From contig CALWKE010000001.1 in NCBI GenBank assembly GCA_944381185.1, positions 456,939 through 520,938 of the forward strand: a stretch of DNA of 64,000 nt, given 5' to 3'. Shown here in pieces: positions 47,725-56,035 of the stretch. The notes beneath the pieces are model-generated. The model was given only the letters and a program-made list of their open reading frames with translations, searched no databases and was not told the origin of the DNA. The stretch's first letter is position 1. Each line of letters opens with the position of its first letter. The translations under genes were made by a program, and so were the position numbers. The stretch is from an uncultured Clostridia bacterium. Lineage in GTDB: Bacteria > Bacillota > Clostridia > Christensenellales > UBA1242.

Positions 47725-48213
47725 CTATAATTCCTTTGCATTTATTGCTGATTTTAAAATTTCTATTAATTTGCTAAACGCAAAAGTGACCGCTCTTCTT
47801 CGGACAGTGTTACGCTTTTCATAAAATTGTTTTTTAAAGGTATATGTTTTGCCTTTAACGCAAAAGCCAAAGCAAACTGTGCCAACAGGGATTTCCTCTG
47901 TTCCCCCACTTGGACCTGCAAGCCCTGTTATGCCAACACCAATATCTGCACCAGTCACTTTGCAAACACCCTCTGCCATTTCGCCTGCAACCTCAAGGCT
48001 CACAACATTATTCTTTTCAATGGTGCTTGGGTTCACGCCAACAAGTTTTGTTTTCATTTCGCTTGAATAGGTCACAAAACTTGCCTCGACCACCTTTGAC
48101 GCATCAGGAACATTTATAATTTTTGAAATAAACATTCCGCCTGTGCAACTTTCAGCTGCCGAAATTTTTAAATGCTTTGTTATAAGCAAATTAACAAGTT
48201 CATATTCTTTCAT
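47725..48213 (-). CDS. pncC: nicotinamide-nucleotide amidohydrolase (CinA C-terminal domain)
   Basis: ISAAESCTGGMF, VTYS, GITGLAGP. Confidence 0.8.
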   Translation of the reverse strand: MKEYELVNLLITKHLKISAAESCTGGMFISKIINVPDASKVVEASFVTYSSEMKTKLVGVNPSTIEKNNVVSLEVAGEMAEGVCKVTGADIGVGITGLAGPSGGTEEIPVGTVCFGFCVKGKTYTFKKQFYEKRNTVRRRAVTFAFSKLIEILKSAINAKEL

Positions 48214-48250
48214 AATATCACCAATAAAATAATACCACAAATTGTTTGCA

Positions 48251-48763
48251 TTAAATTTTTTTTATCAAATATTTATCGAATATTTTTAAAAAATTGCTTT
48301 TCTTTTTTTGAAATGGTTGTTTATTAAAAGTAGATTCATTAATACTTAAAGATTTTTTATTTTTAATAAATTTTTGTGCATATTCTTGCTTTTCATTATC
48401 TGAAACTAATTTTCCCCAAATAACTTCTTCAATTTCTCTACAGAACCAAACCAAATCATATTTTTTCATTTTACAATAGTTTTTTATATCATTATTAAGA
48501 TTATTATCTCTTATACTTATATCAAATTCATCAGTATCAAGACAATATATAACATAAAACTCATCATATGTAGATCGCTTTTTAAGTTCTTCAATTTTTT
48601 TCTCTACTTTTATATAATTATAACTAGGTTTTCCATCCAATGGAATAAACTCTAATTTTATAGTCGAATCAATAATATAAAATATATTTAATAAAGTTGA
48701 AATATACATATGATCACTTTTCCCTTTAGGTGACTCTATTACAATAGCTAAAAGTTTACTCAT
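48251..48763 (-). CDS. small RloB/Toprim-like protein, partner of the upstream ATPase
   Basis: The ATG at 48763 lies inside ATGAGTAA, overlapping the ATPase stop. LLAIVIES, VIYCLDTDEF (DxD) and WFCREIEEVIW occur in RloB-like order. Confidence 0.45.
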   Translation of the reverse strand: MSKLLAIVIESPKGKSDHMYISTLLNIFYIIDSTIKLEFIPLDGKPSYNYIKVEKKIEELKKRSTYDEFYVIYCLDTDEFDISIRDNNLNNDIKNYCKMKKYDLVWFCREIEEVIWGKLVSDNEKQEYAQKFIKNKKSLSINESTFNKQPFQKKKSNFLKIFDKYLIKKI

Positions 48764-50123
48764 TCTCTTCATCTCCAAATACACCTAAAAAATCAAATGA
48801 TTCAATGTTAAATGGAGATAAATTTATTAATCCCTTTTTATATAAATTTGAAGGAGAATAATTTCCATTTTTAACCCAAGGAACAATTTGTGAATTTGGC
48901 GATAAAAAATCGATTGACAGATTATTGACTTTCAAAATATCCATTAATCCTACATTATGTGTTGTAAAAATTAATTGACCTTTTGCATACTTTATTACAT
49001 ATTCAACAATTTTATTTAGCAAAACATCATGAATATTTGCATCAAATTCATCAATAAAAACTATTTCCCCATTATTTAAATTACTTAATGCAGAATATAG
49101 ATTAATAATTTTTTTAATACCCGTACTTTCATATTTTCTATTAATTTTTACTCCATTACTATATACTAAAATTAATTCACACTCATAAAATTCACCATTA
49201 TCAACTTTTTTTATTTCTATATCCTCTAAATCATTTTTAAATACTTTAATAAAAGACTTTAAATTTTTTACCCATTTTACATAATTATCATAGTTTTTTC
49301 TACTAACAGTTTCTATACTATCTTTAGTTATCCTGTTTTCCGATAACATTTTCCCTAATAAAATATCATCATCTAATTTATTTTGTAATTTATAAATGAT
49401 TTTAAGAGATTCTCTTACAGTTTCAATATTTATATAGTTTTCATCAGTATCCTGTAAAACAACATTAATACTTCTACAAAATACCGCTAAAGTTAACATA
49501 TCTAATGAAAAATTTTTATCTAATTTTATAAAATCATCATTTTTTATAAGAATATTTGTTACTGTAGATATAAATGTTTGTCTACTTAAAAGATTATGAG
49601 TTGCATTATTTATTAAATTAATTATTTTTTTATTGTATTTTGTATTTATATTTTTCAATTCACCATTTACTACTTCATATAAAATATTATATTTTTCATT
49701 ATTTAATAAATTTTTGCCTCTCAATTTAGATAATTTTTCTTCACTAATTAAAATTCTACCATTATTTTTAGTCAAACATACATAACTAGAATAAACTCCT
49801 AGTACATTATTATTGTCATCTAATATTACATATATGACTGATATTGAAAATTTTTCTTCTGTTTGATTAATTAAATTTATTAAGTTAGGTTGTGTATTCT
49901 CTATAGTAATATAATCATCATAGATCATTAAATTTTTAAAAATATCAATAGCCTTCATAATTGCAGTTTTCCCTGCTCCATTTGGACCATATATTGATTT
50001 TACATGATATTTTTCTATATCTTTTAAATTTTTTGTTAAATTATTTTTATAAAAATTTAACTCAATTGGCTTATCTATATTTTTTATCCCATTTATTTTT
50101 ATTTTTAAAACGAAAAAATTCAT
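48756..50123 (-). CDS. ABC/SMC-like AAA_21-type ATPase
   Basis: Walker A GPNGAGKT, long helical insert, YESTGIKKII, Walker B IVFIDEFD, FTTHN. SD AGGAGG. Confidence 0.8.
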   Translation of the reverse strand: MNFFVLKIKINGIKNIDKPIELNFYKNNLTKNLKDIEKYHVKSIYGPNGAGKTAIMKAIDIFKNLMIYDDYITIENTQPNLINLINQTEEKFSISVIYVILDDNNNVLGVYSSYVCLTKNNGRILISEEKLSKLRGKNLLNNEKYNILYEVVNGELKNINTKYNKKIINLINNATHNLLSRQTFISTVTNILIKNDDFIKLDKNFSLDMLTLAVFCRSINVVLQDTDENYINIETVRESLKIIYKLQNKLDDDILLGKMLSENRITKDSIETVSRKNYDNYVKWVKNLKSFIKVFKNDLEDIEIKKVDNGEFYECELILVYSNGVKINRKYESTGIKKIINLYSALSNLNNGEIVFIDEFDANIHDVLLNKIVEYVIKYAKGQLIFTTHNVGLMDILKVNNLSIDFLSPNSQIVPWVKNGNYSPSNLYKKGLINLSPFNIESFDFLGVFGDEENE

Positions 50124-50366
50124 TTTCTCCTCCTATATATTAATAAAATATACAAAATGTATATATTTATATTATATATATTATTATAACCAAAAGTCAA
50201 TATTTATGTCAAAAATTTAAAATATTTATGATTTTACTATAAACATTATAAATACCTTTTTGCTAATCTGTTTTTATATTAAATATAAAACACTAGAAAT
50301 ATTCACTTGTAAAAAACAATTATTTGATTTCAAATTCGTTGGTAAAGTTTTATTTCTTCAGTTTAA

Positions 50367-51181
50367 GACATTTTTGAATTTGTAAAACCAATTTTGGATA
50401 AAATTGTAAAAAATAATTACACTTATAAAGTTGTTAAACAAGATGAAGAACACTATTTTGATAAAACATAAAAATTAAAATTTTATACAAATAAATTTGA
50501 ACTTAAATGCGAAATATCTATTTTTAATGAAAGTAAACTTAATAGTTTTTTAATAAGAGAAAGTAATGGCAAAACAACAACTTACAATAAGCGAATTTTA
50601 CTTGCAAAGTATTGTTGGATTATCATTTATAAATTTTTTGGAGATAAAATGTCTGAAAAAGAAAAAGGAATACTTATATTAATGTCAATTGTTTTTGCAT
50701 TTTCTACTATATTTCTCTTTGGTTGAATTATTATAAATATAACAGATAAAGACTATACTTGCTCTATTTATATTTCAGAAAAATTTGAATTAATTAGTTA
50801 TAATGTTTCAGGAAATATAAAAAATCGTTCTGATAAAACCATATATGTTGATAGTGTTATTATTCATATTTTTGGAATAAAAAATAATACAAAATAGATA
50901 GAGTTTTATGATTTTTACAATATTAAATTATTACCAAATGAGAAATATTACTTAGAAAATTATAAAGATTTAAACCTGTTGTTGATTGTAATATAGAAAA
51001 AGTAACTTATACCATTGGTGACAAAAATTTTGAATTAAGATATTCCCAAGATGAAGCCAAATTTAGATATACAAAAGAAAAAATAAAAACAATTGTTAAT
51101 AATTCTTTTGTTATTAACATAGTAATTATATTATATATTATTATTCTAAATATATTAGAATATAAAAAATGCAAACAATAA
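50367..51181 (+). pseudogene. decayed coding region (membrane-anchored protein remnant)
   Basis: A single frame runs 50367-50994, interrupted only by TAA 50469, TGA 50724 and TAG 50895. It then continues in another frame, 50972-51181. GGAG precedes the ATG at 50649. Confidence 0.45.
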
Positions 51182-51344
51182 TAAATTCAAAAAATACACA
51201 AATTAGTCGCTGAATAATTCAGTGATACTTTTTATTTGTCTCACAATTCTTTCACAATTTTATTCTTATTAGATTCTTTAAAAATTTTAAACAAAAAAAC
51301 CTGAATTTATCAAGGTTTACAATATGATATTTCAAATATCTATA

Positions 51345-51998
51345 TTATTTAATATTTTTAGAATTTATCAATTTTTTTAATTTAGATTCAATTGTTTCAA
51401 ATTTAATTAAATCATTTTGAAAAACTTCATGTGCATCAAGACAATAGTTTTTATCCATTTTATTATCTTTTAAATATTTTTTAGATAAAAACTTAGAAAA
51501 ATCCAAAATAAATGTAGCTATATATTTATTATCATTTTCTTTTAATGGCAAAGTAGCAAATTTACCAACAAATTCTCCGGTGTGCAATATTTTACATCTT
51601 GCACGATGAATAATAAATTTTAAATCTAAATTCTTATCTAAATGTTTAACTTTTGATAAATTTTTAAATTCATCTATAATTTCAATTATATCTTCCCCAT
51701 TAATCCATTTATTCTTTTTTTCATCATACAAAATATAAAACAAAGAATCTAACGATATAATTGCATTATATAATAATCTGTTAATTTTAATTAAATTATT
51801 AGCTTCAAAATTTTCAATATCACTTTTTAACTTAATTTAATTATTATTTATTTTTTCAGCAAAATATTTTTGATATGACTCAAGGTTCATCATAAAATCT
51901 TTAATATTCATTTTTGCATAAAAAAATAAGTTAATTAGTTTGTTTAGAGATTTTTTTGAGCCACTAATATATTTTTCAAAAAAATATTTATTATTCAT
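51345..51998 (-). pseudogene. HEPN-like (Rx4H) gene disrupted by two 1-nt frameshifts
   Basis: AGAGGAAG SD plus ATG at 51998. The three frame segments join if 1 nt is restored near 51894-51902 and 1 nt removed near 51835-51837, giving about 217 aa containing HRARCKILH. Confidence 0.45.
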
Positions 51999-52063
51999 TT
52001 TTTACTTCCTCTTAATTTATACATCTTAAATAAAACTAATTTTAAATTAATATTTTTCTAACT

Positions 52064-52096
52064 TAAAAAGGTAGCAAAAATGCTACCTTCTTTTTA
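52064..52096. terminator. bidirectional intrinsic terminator after the tRNA operon
   Basis: AAAAAGGTAGCAAAAATGCTACCTTCTTTTT. Confidence 0.75.
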
Positions 52097-52161
52097 TAAA
52101 TATTGCAATATGTGAACTTTTAAAAATATAAACACATTCATAGTTCGCATATTGACTGTTT

Positions 52162-52236
52162 TGGTGACCCCAAGCAGATTCGAACTGCTGACTTCACCGT
52201 GAAAGGGTGATGTCTTAACCGCTTGACGATGGGGCC
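52162..52236 (-). tRNA. tRNA-Glu (UUC)
   Basis: 75 nt: GGCCCCATCGTCAAGCGGTTAAGACATCACCCTTTCACGGTGA...GGGGTCACCA. Full cloverleaf, anticodon loop CTTTCAC, encoded CCA. Confidence 0.95.
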
Positions 52237-52241
52237 ATGTT

Positions 52242-52318
52242 TGGTAGCGGCGATAAGATTTGAACTTATGACCTGCCGGGTATGAACCGATTGCTCTAGC
52301 CAACTGAGCTACGCCGCC
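52242..52318 (-). tRNA. tRNA-Met (CAU), elongator-like
   Basis: 77 nt: GGCGGCGTAGCTCAGTTGGCTAGAGCAATCGGTTCATACCCGGCAGGTCATAAGTTCAAATCTTATCGCCGCTACCA. Loop is TTCATAC. It lacks the initiator GGG/CCC anticodon stem. An Ile2 (lysidine) identity is not excluded. Confidence 0.85.
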
Positions 52319-52387
52319 ACATTGTTCGTTATGCTTTTTGCCCGCTTTAAACCACTATGCGTAAACAAAAACATGCTTAACGACAAT

Positions 52388-52416
52388 AATATAATATAAT
52401 TTATCTTTTTTGTCAA
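52388..52416 (-). promoter_or_regulatory. sigma-A type promoter of the tRNA-Met/tRNA-Glu operon
   Basis: Minus strand reads TTGACA (52411-52416), 17-nt spacer, TATATT (52388-52393). Confidence 0.55.
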
Positions 52417-52447
52417 CATTTATTTTTTATTTTTTATAACAAATTTT

Positions 52448-53299
52448 TTATTGTTTTTTATTTAGTTTTTCACAGTATTCTGTGTAGTGCTTGCAAACAG
52501 TATTTGACTTTCCATATTCCATAACTTTAGAATTTTCAATCCAAAGTGCATTCTCGCATAATTTTTGCACACTTGCAATGTTATGTGAAACATACATAAA
52601 CGACACGCCTCTTTGTTTGAGTTCTTGAATTTTTTCCATACTCTTTTTTTGAAAGTTTGCATCGCCAACTGAAAGAACTTCATCAACCAAAAGAAGGTCT
52701 GGCTTAATATCGATCGCAATTGCAAACCCCAGCCTTGAAATCATGCCCGAAGAATAATTTTTAAGTGGCATTTGCACAAAGTCTTGAAGTTCAGCAAACT
52801 CTATTATTGAATTGATTTTCTCTTTCATATGTTTTCTGCTAAAACCCAAAATTGCACCATTAAGATAGATATTTTCAATGGCATTTGCCTCCATGTCAAA
52901 CCCCGCCCCAAGATTTAGCAAAATAACCTCGCCTTTGGTTTTAATCTTTCCGCTTGTTGGTTTAAAAATACCCGCAACAATTTTAAGAAGTGTTGACTTA
53001 CCCGCACCATTATGCCCAATAACACCCAGCGACTCACCTTTTTTTATCTTAAAACTAACATCTTCAAGCACGGTTAAAAATTTCTTTTTATTCTTTCGCT
53101 TAAAAAATTGAACAACCCTTTCTTTAAGTGTGTCAACTTTTGTTTCACGAACCTTAAATTGCATGCCAACATTTTCTGCTTCAACTAAAAATTCTTGGTT
53201 TTGGCTTTGCTCTAAATTTTCTTCACTTGATGATTTATCTGAATTTTCGTTTGTTATACTCTTACCCTGAACTATTTCATTTTTAGATTCTTCTGCCAT
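52448..53299 (-). CDS. polysaccharide/teichoic-acid export ABC ATPase (Wzt/TagH-like)
   Basis: GVIGHNGAGKSTLLK, YSSGMISRL, LLLVDEVLSVGD. Low-complexity N-terminal extension. Confidence 0.85.
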   Translation of the reverse strand: MAEESKNEIVQGKSITNENSDKSSSEENLEQSQNQEFLVEAENVGMQFKVRETKVDTLKERVVQFFKRKNKKKFLTVLEDVSFKIKKGESLGVIGHNGAGKSTLLKIVAGIFKPTSGKIKTKGEVILLNLGAGFDMEANAIENIYLNGAILGFSRKHMKEKINSIIEFAELQDFVQMPLKNYSSGMISRLGFAIAIDIKPDLLLVDEVLSVGDANFQKKSMEKIQELKQRGVSFMYVSHNIASVQKLCENALWIENSKVMEYGKSNTVCKHYTEYCEKLNKKQ

Positions 53300-53309
53300 A
53301 AAACTCTCC

Positions 53310-54119
53310 TTAAATGTTTGTCATAAAGTTCTTTTTTAATGATTTAAACACAACAATTCCAATAAAAAGCGAAACTAATCCACATAAATATAAAACCCCC
53401 AGTGTGTGCATGTATGGAATTCCGTAGCCAATATAGTGGAAGTTATACATTGCATTTCTGAAATAATTCACAAAATGATACATTGGGTTGAGTTTAACTG
53501 CAACAAAGGCTGGTGACCCCGGACTTAAAATATCTACCTTATAAAAGATTGGTGTTAAATAGGTCCAAAGTGTTAAAAACACATTATAAATATGCTTTAT
53601 ATCTCTGCAATAAACATATATTGCCGACAAAAACAAACTTATTCCGTATTCAAAAAGAACAAATGCAGGAAGCATTAAAATTACAAACAAAATTTGATAA
53701 CCAAAGATGTCATAGCCACCAAAGATTGCCATGCCACCCATAATTAAAAGAAGTGCAATAAAAGAAAATCCAAAAGTTACCAGTGATGACATCGTTGATG
53801 CAAGTGGAAACATATACGCATCAACTTTTGTTTTTAAAAGGAGTCCTCTATTGTTGACCACCGAAGGCAATGCCCCACTTGTTGCCGAACGAAGTGCCTG
53901 AAACATAATGTTACCCGTTAAAAGATAAATTGGATAGAGTGGGTCGTTTCTTCCAAAAAACTGTGAGAAAACAAGCCACATAACAAACATGTTAAGAAGT
54001 GGGTTTAAAATTGTCCACAAAACACCAAGAGTGGAGTTTCTGTATTGCGTTTTAACACTCTTTCGAACAAGTTCATAGAGCACATTCTGATTTTTTTTCA
54101 AATTTTTAACAAGTTCCAT
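53310..54119 (-). CDS. ABC-2 type polysaccharide export permease (Wzm/TagG-like)
   Basis: Six TM segments. N-terminal ELVRKSVKTQYRNSTLGVLWTILNP is a typical ABC-2 pattern. Confidence 0.8.
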   Translation of the reverse strand: MELVKNLKKNQNVLYELVRKSVKTQYRNSTLGVLWTILNPLLNMFVMWLVFSQFFGRNDPLYPIYLLTGNIMFQALRSATSGALPSVVNNRGLLLKTKVDAYMFPLASTMSSLVTFGFSFIALLLIMGGMAIFGGYDIFGYQILFVILMLPAFVLFEYGISLFLSAIYVYCRDIKHIYNVFLTLWTYLTPIFYKVDILSPGSPAFVAVKLNPMYHFVNYFRNAMYNFHYIGYGIPYMHTLGVLYLCGLVSLFIGIVVFKSLKKNFMTNI

Positions 54120-54131
54120 TTGTTCTTCCTA

Positions 54132-55370
54132 TTAAAGTTTAGATTTTAATTTTTTACGAATATTGCTTCCCTTTGGAAATAGAAGTATCCCCAAGCTATA
54201 AAAAAATCGATTATGAATAATTTTAAGTTTAAATGATTGTTTTTCTTTTGGCATAACAAAATTTGCAACTTTTTTTGTGCTTGCCAAGTCAAACTTTTTG
54301 CCAAATAAAAACTTAATCATAACAAGTTCTTGAAAGGCAAAACTTCGCTTTTTTGCAAACACAACCAAATGTTTGTTGCTGAAAAACACCTTTTGAATTG
54401 CACTTTCAACTTCTTCAACATTTTGTGGCAAAAGTTTGTGTTTTGCATAGGGCTTGTGTGCCACCCAAGGCAGTCTTTTGACTTTTTTCACACCATAAAT
54501 ATCTTTGATTTCCCTTGCCTTGTTTTTAAATTTTGAATGCTTTGCGGTTTCATAAGCCGAAGACGCCATTATGTTTTTCCACATATAAAAATGTTTTGAG
54601 AGCTCGTCAAATCTGCCAATTTCTTTTAAATGCTTTTCCATTAAAGAGAATACTTTTGACATGGTTAAATGCTGATTAAAAAACTTATCTTCACTGCTAA
54701 CAAAAATCTCTTGCCCGTCATGAATTCTGTAATAATAATTGCCCAGATGTGTGTTTGCAATTTTGCTCGCTTTTGAAAAGGCAAAAAAAGTGATTAAAAC
54801 ATCTTCGGCAAAGACCATTTTATCTAAATTTTCTTGGTCTATTCTGTTTTTAACCCAAAGCAAAAGTTCTCTTTTAAAAATTTTATTCCAAAGCACATAA
54901 TATGAATGCTCGGTGCCAAAAAAACGAAAGTATCTGCGAAGAACGCCGTCTTCTTCTGAAATAAAATTGGTTTTTATTGTTGAATCGTTTTGGCAAACAT
55001 ACTTTGCCCGTTCCGTCCAAAAAGCCCAGTTGTTTATAACGATTTCAGCACCTGTTTCCTCTGCCATCAAAAACATCGCTTCATAGTAGTCAAACGACAC
55101 CTTGTCGTCACTATCAACAAAAGCAACATAGTCACCTGTTGCCTTTTCAATTCCAAAAAGGCGTGCAGAAAGAGTGCCCTTGTTTTCTGTTTTAAAAAAC
55201 TTGAAGTTCGGATATTTCTTTTTTAAGTTATCATAATTTTCAGTTGAGCCGTCATCAACAACAATAACTTCTAAATCTTTAACCGACAAATTTTTTAAAC
55301 TTTCAAGGCAGGTAACAAAAAATTCTACTTTTGTGTTAAACACAGGAACAATTATTGATAGTTTTGCCAT
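54132..55370 (-). CDS. glycosyltransferase family 2
   Basis: LSIIVPVFN...VVDDGSTE...FVDSDD. SD AAGGAAG favours the ATG at 55370. Confidence 0.8.
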   Translation of the reverse strand: MAKLSIIVPVFNTKVEFFVTCLESLKNLSVKDLEVIVVDDGSTENYDNLKKKYPNFKFFKTENKGTLSARLFGIEKATGDYVAFVDSDDKVSFDYYEAMFLMAEETGAEIVINNWAFWTERAKYVCQNDSTIKTNFISEEDGVLRRYFRFFGTEHSYYVLWNKIFKRELLLWVKNRIDQENLDKMVFAEDVLITFFAFSKASKIANTHLGNYYYRIHDGQEIFVSSEDKFFNQHLTMSKVFSLMEKHLKEIGRFDELSKHFYMWKNIMASSAYETAKHSKFKNKAREIKDIYGVKKVKRLPWVAHKPYAKHKLLPQNVEEVESAIQKVFFSNKHLVVFAKKRSFAFQELVMIKFLFGKKFDLASTKKVANFVMPKEKQSFKLKIIHNRFFYSLGILLFPKGSNIRKKLKSKL

Positions 55371-55539
55371 AACATCTTCCTTTATATTCTTTTTATATAA
55401 TAACACACAGCAAAAAAAGTGTCAAAATATAATCTTAAACAAATTAATTGAGTTTTGTGCAAAAATGTGGCACACATGTTTTGAATTTTTCATATTTTGT
55501 TTTATCATAAAATTATATTAATCACAAAAGGAGAAGCCT

Positions 55540-56034
55540 ATGGATTACGACAGAATGAAAGCCACCAAAGTTTCTAAAAAGAAATACGATGGCGGGTTTG
55601 AAGTTTCAAGGTCAACAAAAACAAAAGCCAAACGCACTCTTTCAAAAGCAGGCATCAGCATTGTTGCAGTTATTCTTTGTCTTATTATTGGTGTGGCGGG
55701 TGGATTTTTTGTTTCTAAATTCGCCTTTAAAAATGACACTTTTGAAATGATGGCCTATGCAAACGGCAGTGCCGACATCTATATTGGAAGCGATGAAGAC
55801 CAAACCACCTACACCGAACTGGGCGTTAAGTGCATCGCCTTTGGAAAGGACATTTCTAGCGATTGCAAAGTTACCTATTACTACCGCTCTGACCTAACTG
55901 AAAGTGAAGTTGAAGTTGACGCCGTTGATGAATCTGTTGCGGGAATATACTACGCAGTTTACACCTGCCCTAACATAAAGTTCAGCACGGTTAAACTTAT
56001 TCGAAACATAATTGTTTTGGGTGAGGAGGTGTGA
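55540..56034 (+). CDS. membrane-anchored hypothetical protein
   Basis: SD AAAGGAGAAG. A single N-terminal TM segment followed by a beta-rich domain. The TGA lies 1 nt before the next ATG. Confidence 0.55.
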   Translation: MDYDRMKATKVSKKKYDGGFEVSRSTKTKAKRTLSKAGISIVAVILCLIIGVAGGFFVSKFAFKNDTFEMMAYANGSADIYIGSDEDQTTYTELGVKCIAFGKDISSDCKVTYYYRSDLTESEVEVDAVDESVAGIYYAVYTCPNIKFSTVKLIRNIIVLGEEV

Positions 56035-56035
56035 T

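Noticed and set aside
50146-50168. Palindrome ATATAC-N5-GTATAT between the ATPase promoter region and its SD, as a possible operator.
   Set aside because: The 6-bp arms consist purely of A/T-rich sequence in roughly 85% AT DNA, so they are easily produced by chance. No regulator gene is nearby.
50724-50726. In-frame TGA read as Trp, meaning a genome-wide alternative code (code 4).
   Set aside because: TGA terminates several well-supported host genes (1223-1225, 6258-6260, 18577-18579, 56032-56034). All long ORFs are recovered with the standard code. The same remnant also carries in-frame TAA and TAG.
48214-52161. Prophage or integrative element with att sites.
   Set aside because: I could find no integrase, recombinase or structural genes and no repeat of the tRNA 3' end. 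It is described only as an eroded island.
52094-52303. 69-aa minus-strand ORF.
   Set aside because: It lies entirely over the tRNA-Glu and tRNA-Met genes and their spacer.
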